Shown here in pieces: positions 37,299 through 51,231 of a DNA stretch of 64,000 nt (position 1 is its first letter; every line of letters begins with the position of its first letter). Below the pieces are notes generated by a model. That model saw nothing but the letters and a program-made list of their open reading frames with translations, did not search any database and had not been told where the DNA came from. Position numbers and translations under genes: made by a program. Source of the DNA: Octopus sinensis (Eukaryota). The DNA lies in NCBI RefSeq assembly GCF_006345805.1, contig NC_043006.1:31682001-31746000 (forward strand). The letters run 5' to 3'.

Positions 37299-38049
37299 CA
37301 AAGATGGAAGTGTCCTGAGCAACTCCAAACTTTTTGTTTAGTGACAGAGTAGAATCCTAGAGCAATAGATTATCAAAAACCTTAGAGAAGACGAAAATCG
37401 ATCGTCCTCTGTTTAATTCCAGCAAAATTGAATGAAGTTGATATAAGAGATGGGTGAGAGACTAAAGAATCTTCCATTCAGCCGCGTTCCATAATAGAAA
37501 CAACAATAGCAACAGCATTAATTAAACAATAGCATTTGAGATTATCGTTTACAGCCGAAGCTTTTAGAAGTTTGTTTTAATTGAGTTTTTTATTGTTCTG
37601 CCTCGTTTCTTTGTCGAATGGAATTATATGGGACTGTTCAACACTTGTTGTTACTCGCCCTACAGTGTAAAATTTTAAAAGTAAAACATTTCGAAACAAA
37701 AAGTTTTGAAACTAGCATCGTCTTGGTCGTCCATTCGACAAGAGAGGAAGGTTGGAGAAGGCTTTGAAGGTATACTCGTCTTTCGTGGCCATCTTCCACA
37801 CGATACTACGGACGTAGAAGTAATAATAAGTAATAGCAGCAGTGTCACTGGCAATAACAGCAATAACAACAACAGCAATAATAACAGGAACAACAACAAC
37901 TGCAATAACTCTACCAACAATAACAACAGTAGTAGTTGCAACAAGAACAGTGACGTAATGAAAGAAGCTGCCCAAATCACCAGCAGCAGCAGCAGCAGCA
38001 GCAGCAAATCTTACGATGGTAATTGTAGCAGAACAAACACCTGGACTCT

Positions 38050-39340
38050 GCCCTTTTATGGTATCGGTCCTTTTTTGGTCTGGTCTTCGTCTTTTCTCGA
38101 TCTGCTTTCAATCTTTTCTTGCTCTCGCCTCTGTCTTTCCCTGTTCTGGACTCTTCCCTTCGTTATTTCTGGGTGAGACTCTTCTTTGTCTGGTCTCCGC
38201 CTTTTCTTGGACTGAAATCTCTCTTTCTTTGCTATCTGTATTTTGTTGGTCAATAATTGGTTTTTCTTTGATCTTATTCTATTTGTGGTTTCATTCTTTT
38301 CTGGTTTCGATATTTTCTTGGTTTGGATTCTGTCTTTTCATAACATCGGTCTTTTCCTGGTTTCTTCATTATCTTGATCTCGTCTCGGTCTTTTCGTAGT
38401 CTCATTCTTTTCTTGCTCAAACCTCGGTCTTTTCTTGGTCTCGTCTCCGTCATCTTTTGAATTTGTCTCAGTCTTTCTTAGTTTCGATCTTTTCTTGGTC
38501 TTTTCATTTTCATGTTTCGGTTAGTTTTCAATTATTTTTCTTTCTTTGGTGGGAATAGTTTCATATTTCGATTTCTTCTTGGACTTTTCCTGGTTTTTCA
38601 TGGTCAAATCTCGGTCATTACTTAATTTGCACTCATACTTTGCTTTGTTTCTTCTTGCTCTGGTCTCGGATTTTTCTCGGTCTCTTCTCCCGATCTCCTT
38701 TCAGTTTTACTTGGACTTGTCTAGGACTTCATGATCTAAAGTCTGTTTTTTTTTTCTTGATATCGCCTCGGTCTTCTCTTGGTCGCAGCCTTTTCTTGGA
38801 CAGGTCTTTGCCCTTTCTTGCTCTGGTCTGGTCTTGTCTTCGTCTTTTCTTCGTGTGATCGTGTGATCCTGTTCTTCTCTTGATCTTATCGAGCTCTTTT
38901 CTTGTATGGGTCTTATTCTCAGTCTTTTCATGGTCTCGGTCTTTCTTTGGTTTTTCTCTCGATCTTAGCCTTGGTCTTTCCTATGTGTCTATCTTTCCTT
39001 GGTCTCGTATCGCTCTTTTCCTGATTTGCTCTAGCTCTTTTCTTTGCTTCGGCCTTTCTTCACCCGATCTTAGGTCTTTTCTTAGTCTTTTTCAACTGGT
39101 CTTAATGTTTTCTCAATCTCGATCGTTTCTCGTCCCCTTTTCATAATTTTTTCTCGGGCTTTTTCTTGGTTTCTGTGTTTTCTTGATCTGATCCCGCTCT
39201 TTTCCTGGTCTTCTCTGGGTCTTTCCTTCATGTCGCTCTTTTCTTCATCTGGTTTCTCTCTTAGTCTCTTCTTGGCCTCGCTTCCACCTTTATCTGCTCT
39301 AAATATTTTCTCGATCTTGGTCATTTGTTCTGGACTGATC
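38050..39340. repeat. Degenerate pyrimidine-rich minisatellite-like tract
   Basis: Repeated variants of tcggtcttttcttggtctcg over ~1.3 kb; strongly A-poor on the plus strand. Confidence 0.7.
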
Positions 39341-40589
39341 TTAGTCGTTTTTGACCAATGTGTATACAACAAAATATTGACCACATCTGTTGCAAAACTC
39401 GACTTCAGTACCTCATAGCGGTACAAAAGTAAAACAGCCTGTTTAATAGCTATAGTAACAGTTGTGTGTCCTGGAAGGCCCTACCAAACTACAATGGTGC
39501 TGGCCTACTGACCTATGAAAAGACTGCCTCGCTGAAATGAACGCACGTTGTCTATTCACTAGAGTTTGGAAACTAACTAAACTGAAGAAGAACTCCTGTC
39601 CTGACCATTAAACCTGCAGGGTGACATCATTTGAAGGAAATGTGCAGGGCAATCGGATCGCTCTATGGTGGTGAAGCGAAATCCGAGCAACCGGAGGCTT
39701 CTAATAACCTCAGGTAGCCTTAGACCACCAAAGAATCGGCTAAAACCATTGCCATATGTACCTATCGTTTCAGGTCTTTTAGAAGGAGAAGTGGAATGGC
39801 CCATGTAATGGAGGAGAGCACGAACATCAAACGTGATGTGCGAGGGCTCTGAAAAACACGTCGAAGGAAAGAAATAAATGCGAGATAGAGAGATGGCAGT
39901 GTCATGAGACTGGGAGAAGCAGAAAATGTTTCACCCTTCCTCTGCTCCAAGCTTCCCGCTCAGCCAAAACAGATTAAGATAACAAATAAACCAATGTTTC
40001 CGAAGACTTTCATGTAGACTTGGTTTGGTAGACTACTTAAAATTCTTGTAAACCTTTGCCGCCATTTTTTATCAAATTGTTTTAAGGTCAGTGTTTTGTT
40101 TATTTAGTGTAAACACCGGGTCAACTTTTCCATAATTCTCATCATCATCAGCATTATCATTATTAATATTATTATTAATTGTTCTGTCATGGTCGTCGTC
40201 TTCATTATCATCGTCGTCGTCGTCGTCGTTATCATAATCATCATCATTATAAGCTCGGTAGATGGGAAGAATCGTTGTAGCATCGAAGAAAATGCCTTCT
40301 GGTTATTTAGATTCTGAGTCCAAGTTCCACCGAGGTTTACCTTTCGTCCTTATGAGATCGATAAAGAAATAGTCTGTTAATAACTTGATTCATTTTAATG
40401 GATAAACCCCTCCAACAAAGTTTCAGGCTTTTTTGCTGCTGCGGTTGTTGTCGTTGCTGCTGTTGTTGATGCTGTTGCTTTGTCGTTATTTATTTTTTCA
40501 GTGTTGTTTTGTTCTCTACAAGTTGTTTCGAGTCTCAGCCAGATACTTCAAGTAACGGCAAGCTGGACACTTTAATCTGGGTGTTATTT

Positions 40590-41550
40590 ATGGCAATGAT
40601 ATCCTGTTCGGGACGGAGACCAGTACCAAAAAAACTGAGATTATTTCTTAGGATGTGGCCAGTAGCCATAAAGATAAGACAGTGGTAAGGTCAAGCTGAA
40701 GAGAGGAGCAAGGCAAGGCGATAACATTTCGCTGAAGTTGTTGACATTGTGCCTGCAAGACGCTCTCGTCGACAAAATCTAATGGGATATGAAGAGCATC
40801 AACATTGACGGTGAACAATTATACCACCGGGACTTCGCAGATGATATCATCTTGAGAGCGCATACACCGGAGGAACTGGAAGAAATGCAAGCCTCAACGT
40901 GGACCTCATGTTCAACAGGTACGCTACGCCAGCGCCTGCCACCGTAAACGGCAAAACCATAGAAGAGGTTAGGCAGCTACGTCTATTTGGGAAAGATGGT
41001 AATGAAAAACAGAAACCTCTTCCCGGAAATCATGAAAAGAATAACGCTTGGCTCGGCAGCCTCATCCGATGTTCCAAACCATTATGAGAAGTCCCAAGAC
41101 CTCCATGAAAATTAAAAGAAAGGTCTTCAATGAGTACATCCTGTGATGATTTACGGCAGTGAAACACAGGCTACCATTTTTCCTCTCATATTGCAAGGAA
41201 ATGGAAACGAAAATAGAACGAATGATGCTCAGCATCACATTGCAGGATGAGAAAACCAATTCCTGGATTCAACAGCACACGAGAGTAAACGATATCGTAA
41301 GAACCACCAAGGAGAACAAATATAGATGAGCTGACCACATCACGTGACTGAAGGACAACTGATGGACAGTCAGAATAACATAATGGACACCGAGACAATG
41401 AACAAGATGAAGAGGCTGACCAAAGACAAGGTGATTAGATGATCTCACCTGCTACTTGAAGCCAACATGGCCATGACTGGCCAGAGAAAGACGGCGGTGG
41501 AAGGAGGCCAGGGAGAGGTTCCTTCTTCAGGAGCGATAAAGGCCTGAATA
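40590..41550 (+). mobile_element. 5'-truncated RTE-clade LINE remnant
   Basis: Fragments KLKRGARQGDNISLKL, NIDGEQLYHRDFADDIIL and the C-terminal region (RGxPxTRxxDDL...LKPTWP...WKEARERFLLQER). Stops and frameshifts. Confidence 0.88.
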
Positions 41551-41857
41551 TAGGATATTGGACCAATTAAAATAATCGTTTGCATTTCTTTCTGAGATGG
41601 GAAGCCTAGGATCATTCTCAAATAATTTTCAGTTACTTTTTTTTATCATTCCAAGTGCTCCTACAACCACCGGTATTTTAACCACCTTGAGATGCCACCT
41701 TTTTTCGATTTCTACTGTCATCATCATCATAATCATAATCATCATCAGCAACAACAGCAGTACGATCACTATCACCATCATTACCACCACCACCATGATC
41801 ATCGTCATCAACATCATCGTCGTTGTCGCCTTTTCTGCGTCGTGATCGTGGTCGTGG

Positions 41858-41905
<48 letters not shown>

Positions 41906-42389
41906 CTACCACCATCTTCATCATCATCATCTTCGTCGTCGTCGTCATCATCATCATCATCATCATCCTCATCATCATCATCATCATCAATGTCGCTGTT
42001 GTTATTTTATGCAATGTAAATACACAAATGAAGATTTCAATGAAGCGAGTCTGAGACACGGTTTCGATTTCTCGCTGGAATTCACTTCCATCCCAGAAAT
42101 CTACGCGAATCTCTCAAATTCCCCAATTGCTCACACCAGTAGAATTCTGGGAAGTCGAATACCTCGCTTATAAATCATCAGCATCACTCCATCCCAACCA
42201 CCGTACCTAACACAACTACTACCGCAACCACCACCACAACCACTACTACCACTAATACCGCAACCAGCCACAATACCATCACAACACCTCAAATCATGAC
42301 AACTAACCTCAATCCCATACATCACAACAACCATCCTAGCACCATCGCAACCACCACCACCACCACCACTACTGCTATCACATCTTCAA

Positions 42390-42433
<44 letters not shown>

Positions 42434-42595
42434 CCATCATCAACGCTATCACCTTCAACATCATCACTGTTATCACCGTTATCATCATCATCATCATCGT
42501 TGCTGTAGGTAAAAAAACGGCATAACCACTACCACCAGCACATCTACCGCTATTGTCATTATCATCATCGCCCTCGTCGTCATCATCACCATTAC

Positions 42596-42627
<32 letters not shown>

Positions 42628-43035
42628 TACTACTACTACTACTACTACTACTATACTACTACTACTACTACTGTTGCTGTTGTTATTGTTATTATTATTA
42701 TTATTATCTTCAGCTTATACCTCTATTTGTTCTTTCTCAATTACAATCTAACTCCTCCTAACCTCCTTCCTCCCTCCCCTCTCTCTTCTTCCAATCCTCT
42801 CTCTCTCTCTCTCTAACCACATCTCCCCTCTCACCACCTCTCACCACCACATAGACCGAAGATGGCTTACACATGCTTCTTCTGCTGGCTGGTTTAAGGA
42901 TTACTTCACAAACACCTATCGTTCTGTTGTTACAAGATGTTTTTACTGTTTTGCTTGGCGGACATCTTGTTTTTTTCTCTTTCTTCTACAATTTCATTCA
43001 CTTTACTTACTCACCTCGTCTTATTCGCTCCTCCC

Positions 43036-43092
<57 letters not shown>

Positions 43093-43094
43093 CT

Positions 43095-43129
<35 letters not shown>

Positions 43130-43204
43130 TTTCTCTGACTCATAAATTTTTAAACAACTACATATATATATATATTCACACACACGATACACATGTATAA
43201 TATA

Positions 43205-43242
<38 letters not shown>

Positions 43243-43380
43243 CATATGTATACATACGCATGTATATATATGTGTATATATATATATATATACATGCATA
43301 CAAACATGATATCTATTGATGTGTATATATATATATACATACATATGTATACATACGCATGTATATATATGTGTATATAT

Positions 43381-43416
<36 letters not shown>

Positions 43417-43729
43417 CGTATACATATATTATATATACATATATATATATATATGCATACCTATATATATATACATGCAAATATATATATATCATTTTTC
43501 TTTATTCGTGTGTGTATGTGTGTGTGCGTGTGTGTGTGGATGTGTGTTTGTTTGTGTGTATGTGTTTGTGTGTGTGTGTGGCGAAAACCTTCAAAGATCT
43601 TGAATTTAAGAATAACAGCCGACCCCAACACAGTAAAACTCTTAGCCATCCCTTTAGACTTTTAACTTTGGAAACAGCCTTTATTACTCTTACAGAAGAA
43701 TCACTGACAACATACCAATTTCCTTGCTT

Positions 43730-43787
<58 letters not shown>

Positions 43788-44329
43788 CCCCTTGAATCCT
43801 AAGAAACTTCGTCAAAGTCTAACTTACGACCACCAAACAATTCTTCGTTCACAATTTCCTTCAAGAAAACGATACATTATCACTTAACGACACTAAGCAC
43901 ACAGACACTCGGTGTAATTTACACCTCAAAAAAAACGTTCTTAAAAAATCCATTGCCGTAATACTCTATGTTTATCCAAGCCTTCAGTTGTTCCCTGCGT
44001 TTCCTATCGCCAACACAAGTTTAATTTACTTTGTGAACATTTCCCATTGAACCACAAAATCTTACAGACAATTGAATCAAAGTACTGCAAAATGTGACTA
44101 GATTGGTTGAGCTGGTGAGTCACAAAACTCCCTAAGAGAAGGAGACAAAAAGTTCAGATTCTGGGAAGATGAAGCTTGTGAGTGGAGGCAGCCTTGCGAT
44201 TGTCTAAGGGAAATAAAGCACGACAGGGAACCAACATAGCCAGATTCTGAAGGTTGAGTATTGCGCTAATCCTGACAAAAATCTTCAGATTGCATAAACT
44301 TTCAATACTCAGAAGAATCCACAAAACTT

Positions 44330-45350
44330 CGGAGAAGCAGTGGTTTCTAACGCGGAAGGAGAAGGAAACAGGACATACGTTGGGTAAAGGCTGAGGGGAA
44401 GGTCAGGACTCGATTTTAGGAACCCATAAAAGGAGGGAACTCGGAAGATCCATGAACAGCTGGGTGAGAACTGTTGAGAAAGAAAGACAGGTTGATGGAT
44501 GGAGAACAAGGAACCATGAGAGAACCAGAGCCATCGACAGGGCAAAACGGTGAGACAGTGAGTGGAAGTCTTATGTGCCACCTGACACGAAGTGGAGAAG
44601 AAGATGAGCACGAAATGTTGGTACAGATAAACCAAAAACTTTGCTTCATCAAAAAAAGCAAAGTTTCATCAAAAGTTGGCAGCAATAATGAAAAACCCAG
44701 ACCTCAGTCAATTCTTCTGCTTAAACGCTTACATTAGCACCTTAAAGAAGTCCTTTCGGCAAACAATTCTGTCTCCAAAGATTAACCTCTTCAAATCAAC
44801 AGTTAAAAAATGTTTAGCTATCAGCCACTTCAAACTCATCAAAAACCCAGCAAGAGAGAACAAGGAACCATGAGAGAACCACAGCCATCGTCAGGGCAAA
44901 ACGGTGAGACAGTGAGTGGAAGTCTTATGTGCCACCTGACACGAAGTGGAGAAGAAGATGAGGACGAAATGTTGGTACAGATAAATCAAAAACTTTGCTT
45001 CATCAAAAAAAGCAAAGTTTCATCAAAAGTTGGCAGCAATAATGAAAAACCCAGACCTCAGTCAATTCTTCTGCTTAAACGCTTACATTAGCACCTTAAA
45101 GAAGTCCTTTCGGCAAACAATTCTGTCTCCAAAGATTAACCTCTTCAAATCAACAGTTAGAAAATGTTTAGCTATCAGCCACTTCAAACTCATCAAAAAC
45201 CCAGCAAGAAAAGTGGCACCACTTTATCTAAGTATTTGTAGTTTATGAAAGACAGAAGTATTTAAACGATTATAAAGCATTTTCGATATTATCTGCAACA
45301 GACCTCCTTATTACCACTAATCAAATATCTGTAATCCGTGTTTTGGAAGA
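44330..45350. pseudogene. Possible decayed Penelope-like sequence
   Basis: Minus-strand FRVPSFYGFLKSSPDLPL resembles the PLE motif PxFYGLPKxHKPxxPLRP. The rest does not align by eye. Confidence 0.3.
44502..45209 (+). repeat. 354-bp near-perfect tandem duplication
   Basis: 44502-44855 and 44856-45209 differ by only a few substitutions. Confidence 0.95.
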
Positions 45351-46186
45351 CTGACGAACATCTTATTGGATGGCAGTTAAATTCTTAAGCATAAAAGTCA
45401 GTTCTACCTTTCAACACACAACAAAATGTTTGTTAAAGTATTTTATAAATCCAATAAGATAAGATACACGGCATGTAATCACTTCTTTGTGAGCTTTTGA
45501 TTTGCAGCTATCTCCTACCTGTTATTCCTTACATGTTGGTCTCATTCTTTCAGGTGCCACTTTTAAGATGGTGCTGTGGAATAATAAGAATTCAACTCTC
45601 TTTTGTTGACTATAAAATACCGCCAGCGTCATTAATGGTAAAATCCACAGACTTATTAAACACTGCCAAATTTCTCAACTAATTTAAGCAGATATTGTAT
45701 CAAATAATTTCGTTTACCTTAATTGAAAAATAAACTCCATATAATCGCAATGGCAATGCTAATTTCTAACATTATTCGCCTGACGACCGATAACGAGAAA
45801 ACTTGGCGAATTCTGGGATTTAGGGATTAATAAAATTTTAAAAAGCCATGTTTTAACTCATCCCTATTGAAATAGTAAACGCCAGCATGCCCCTACTTTA
45901 CAGTAATACACACATACATACACACACATACATACATGTATATACACACATACATACATATACACATACACACAAACGCACACACGCATATACATACATG
46001 CATGCATGTGTATATAAATACATATACACATGTACGTATATATATATCAAATATCAAATGTCAACGCTTTATATCGTACGTATATGAGCTGGACATCGAT
46101 AATTTATTCGGTAGTAGTAGTAGTAGTAGTAGTAGTAGTTGTTGTTGTTGTTGTGTTGTTGCTGTTGTTGTTGTTGTTGTTGTTGT

Positions 46187-46224
<38 letters not shown>

Positions 46225-46550
46225 TCGTTGCTACTGTTCAGCTTCAATTCCTGCTTGAGTAAATCGATGGGGGAAAACATTACAATTGTGACCATCACGT
46301 CATATTTAGGTACCAATAATGATACCCGTATCGAAAGCAGTGGAGTGTGATTAAGGGTAGGTTTAACTACTGTTTACAGCACTGTTGCTATTGGTTGTGA
46401 TGGCGTCAGCGAATTTGGTTGTTCTTGGTGGATGGTGTGGTGATGACGGTGATGTAGTGGTGGCAAGATAAATGTTGTTGGATGACGATGACGTTGATGA
46501 TGAGGAAGAGGGGGATGAGGATGAGGAGAATGGCATCATTAATGATGATA

Positions 46551-46799
46551 ATGGTATTAATAATTATAATAATTATGATGATATCATTATTGGTTTAAAA
46601 AAGTTGACACAGAGCCAATAGATTTTGGGAGGGAACTCGATTACATGATCCCAGTACGTAACTGGAACTTAATTTATCGACCCCGAATGAATGAAAGGCA
46701 AAGTCGACCTCGGCGGAATTTGAACACAGAAAGTAAGGACAGGCGAAATACCGCTAAGCATCTCGCTCGGCGTGCTAACGATTCTGCCAGCTCGCCGCC

Positions 46800-46856
<57 letters not shown>

Positions 46857-47186
46857 GTATTAATAATGATGATAATTATGATGATATCAATATTGGTTTT
46901 AACAGTTAACACAGAGCCAATTGTTTTTAAGGGGGAAGTCGATTACATGACCCCAATACGTAACTGGAACTTAATTTATCGACCCCGAATGGATGAAAGG
47001 CAAAGTCAACCTCGGCGAAATTTGAACTCAGAACGTAAGGGCAGGCGAAATACCGCTAAGCATCTCGCCCGGTGTGCTAACGATTCTGCCAGCTCGCCGC
47101 CTTAATGATGATGATCATAACAACAACAACAACAACACAACAACAACAACAACAACAATAATAATAATATAATAATAATAATAATA

Positions 47187-47223
<37 letters not shown>

Positions 47224-47486
47224 TAATAATAATAATAATGGTATTAATAATGATGATAATTATGATGATATCAATATTGGTTTTAACAGTTAACACAGAG
47301 CCAATTGTTTTTAAGGGGGAAGTCGATTACATGACCCCAATACGTAACTGGAACTTAATTTATCGACCCCGAATGGATGAAAGGCAAAGTCAACCTCGGC
47401 GAAATTTGAACTCAGAACGTAAGGGCAGCGAAATACCGCTAAGCATCTCGCCCGGTGTGCTAACGATTCTGCCAGCTCGCCGCCTT
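46551..47486 (-). repeat. Triplicated SINE-plus-flank unit separated by (AAT/AAC)n
   Basis: The unit starting atggtattaataa begins at 46551, 46854 and 47238 and ends gccagctcgccgcctt. Copies 2 and 3 are near identical. Confidence 0.92.
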
Positions 47487-47501
47487 AATGATGATGATCA
47501 T

Positions 47502-47535
<34 letters not shown>

Positions 47536-47572
47536 CAACAACAACAACAACACAACAACAACAATAATAATA

Positions 47573-47615
<43 letters not shown>

Positions 47616-48227
47616 GATAGCACTAATAATAATGATAATGATGATCATGTTGATAATAAAACTATTAATAATGATGGTGATGGTGATGATTTCATGCAGC
47701 TCATCCCATACCTTTCTGTTTTTTTCTTTTTTCTTACTTTTTTTTTTTTTTCGTATTTTACCCGAACACTCTAGAATATTCAGTTGCGCATCCACAATAA
47801 GCCACAGAGCCAACTCTTCCTTGCACCATGGTTTTTCTTTAAAGTACTCGGCACAGTCTGTAAAGCATATCAAGATCTTTGTTATTTTAGATTCAAGTTC
47901 ACTTTGATCCGGATTTATTTATTTGTTTTTCTGTTTATATATTTTTTTTTTACATTTTACTTTTTTTTTGTTTTTAGATATCTTTCTTTATTCTTCTTTT
48001 ATCCTTTGGTCACACAACTGAACACGAAACGACACTCCATCAACCCTTAACCCGATTCCTCCGAGTTCGTTCCTTAGTGATTCTTATTTCACGGCTGTCT
48101 GCGACTAGGACACGGCTCACTGCCAATAAAAATCATGCATTTCTGTAGATTCCATTCCGAAAGTATCATTAGCTATTCTCTTTCTCTCTCCTTCTCCCTC
48201 TCTCTGTCACTCTCTGTCTCTCCCTCC

Positions 48228-48265
<38 letters not shown>

Positions 48266-48409
48266 ATCTATAGCTCAGTTATATATATGTCTTTCTGTCT
48301 CACTCTTTCTCTCGTAAACATCTCTTCACCACCACCACCGCCAAAGCAAAATACTATGTTGAAGATGATAATAATAATAATAACACCAATAATAATAATA
48401 ATAATTATT

Positions 48410-48460
<51 letters not shown>

Positions 48461-48461
48461 G

Positions 48462-48493
<32 letters not shown>

Positions 48494-48500
48494 GTCATCG

Positions 48501-48535
<35 letters not shown>

Positions 48536-48862
48536 GTCGTCGTCGTCGTCGTCGTCTTCGTCATCATCATTATCATCATCCTCATTATCATAATCATCAT
48601 AATGGGGATGATGATGTTGAGGATAATGATGATGACGACGACGACTACAGAGTGGAGGAGGAGCAGAAGGGGAAGAAGGGTACAGAGAAAATGGGGTGGG
48701 ATGAGGAGGAGGAGGAGGAGGATGAAATAGAAGAATATCAAAGTTCAAGAAATATCTTGTCGGCTTTTGTTCCTTTAATCATTCTGCTTCGTGGTTACAT
48801 AGATACATGCATGTATCTGTGTATAAACATATATATACATACATACATACATATATATATAT

Positions 48863-48909
<47 letters not shown>

Positions 48910-49017
48910 CATACATACATACATACATACATACACATGCATATATATACACACACATATATCTATACATGTAAATATATACTTGCGTATGTGTTTGTAC
49001 ATACGTACATAAATATA

Positions 49018-49103
<86 letters not shown>

Positions 49104-49444
49104 ATTATATATATTTATTTATATATACATATACACATACACACACACATACATGTCTATATACACATATATATCACTGTATCGGCCAGACTGTCAGATG
49201 TTGGCATACACCGTTCCTTGGTCACAATGTTGTAACTTTCCAATGATGCTTCTCGGCTGACCAGGTGGGCAGGCCAATATTTCACCTTGCCGAAGCGCTA
49301 GGCTGTCGCAGGGTTGGTCTATTCGAGAGCAACGTGAAATGAACACAACGCATCACTGGCATTGGAATCGAAGCCACAACCTTTCGATCGCCAGAACAAC
49401 ACTCTAACCACTACGCCATGCGCCTTCACACACCCGCATACATA

Positions 49445-49487
<43 letters not shown>

Positions 49488-49569
49488 ACACACATACAAA
49501 CATACATACATACATACATACATACATACATACATACATACATACATACATACATACATACATACATAC

Positions 49570-51152
49570 TGTTTCCCCTACATCTGACAAGGAATGTTAC
49601 AGGTATCTAGGCATGGATGAAAATATATCTTACAATGGCACCTGTAACAAAACACATGTCACTAAAGAATATTACAACCGAATAAAGAAAATTTGAACCA
49701 CAGAACTCTCTGCATTCAATAAAACTGTGGCCCACAATGTGGTTGCAGTGCTAGTACTCATACCAACATTTGGGCTGCTTGATTGGACGCTTGATGAGAC
49801 CTGATCCATTGATGTAAAAACCCGAAAAATACTAACAAGCACAAATAATTTCCACATAAACAATGACGTGGACTGCCTCCACCTAAAACGAAAACAAGGC
49901 GGCAGAGGCTTAACATTGATCCAAAATGCCTTTGAATGTCGCATCATATCCCTTCGGCAACATCTTTTAATCACCAAGTGTCAAAGTGCATCCCTCGACC
50001 AAGTTTGCATACATGAGGCTGGTAACATCATAAGACTTTGAAAGGCCGCTCCTTGAGCAACACTCTTCGTCTGGTAACCTAGAATACATGCCCAAAGTAG
50101 TCGCACGACTCTACCGCAACGTATCATCAGATGAAAGAATGAACCTGTATCAGCAGAAGACTATGCATGGATATGTTATTAGAAAGCTCCGAAATGATAG
50201 TAACATCGATCATCAAAGTAGATAATCATAGACCAATAGCCGGATTACTACCTCCCACTTTGAAGGGTATGCGTTTGCAATGAAGGAACAGGAAATATCA
50301 ACCAAATACCTGATGCACAAAAGGGATAGAGAGGCGGCAAAAGCCGTAAAATGTGACGACCGATGCAGACTTTGTAGAGTTCACACTGAAGATATCATCC
50401 ACATGATAAGCAGTTGTCCGAAAATGTCATCACGGCATTATCTACCGATGAGACATTACGTTGTAACTAGGATATTCTATAATGAAATCCGTCGGAAGGA
50501 TAATCCCGAGGACTAAGAAATAAGAACCCACAATATGGCAGAAGCTATAGCCACTCATAATAAAAAGGAATACTGGTGGAATGTTCCAGTGAAGACCTAA
50601 ATAAAATGTAAGCATAACAGACCCGATATAATGATTTGGGATAGAGAAGAGAAACTGTGCACAGTTGTGGAAATTAACTGCCCAGTGGATGTTAACATAA
50701 AGCTGAAGATCAGGGAAAATGAGAACATCTATGCTGAACTATTGAGAAATCTGCAGTTACTCTATCCACATTACAAGTCCAGGTTTACATCTGTAATTAC
50801 ATCTGGAATATGTAACACACTGCCTAAATACCAATCTTGAGAAATTAGTCTTCTTAAAACCAGAAAGGAGAAACCTAATTCGAAGACCACAGATCCAATC
50901 CATCACTGGAACGGTAAAAATCTGTTAAAACTTTCCAGAAGTTTATCATTTAAATATATATGAGCATGACTAGATATGCAACTATATACATGAGAATACA
51001 TATATAAAGCAAAACATACAAATCTGCCCATATACATACATACAAAAATACCCTGGTGTTGATACTGAAATTCCAATGAAGGAGCCCTGAATCTAGATTA
51101 GAAACCGGATCTTTCTCTATTGCCAAGCACTCTTGAAATAAAACTGAACAAT

Positions 51153-51155
<3 letters not shown>
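49570..51155 (+). mobile_element. 5'-truncated R4/Dong-like LINE with restriction-like endonuclease
   Basis: DKECYRYLGMDE, LHLKRKQGGRGL, CCHC knuckle CRLCRVHTEDIIHMISSC, REL motif KHNRPDIMIWDREEKLCTVVEINCP. (TACA)n on the left and (TA)n on the right. Confidence 0.9.

Positions 51156-51231
<76 letters not shown>

Noticed and set aside
37706-38176. 156-aa Asn/Ser-rich ORF
   Set aside because: Mostly (AAC/AGC)n and the start of the CT-rich tract; open frames on both strands point to low complexity.
45773-45820. CTGACGA...ttggcGAA near the possible PLE remnant
   Set aside because: GAAA is incomplete, there is no UH/stem I, and the flanks pair with each other (attcgc/gcgaat) instead.
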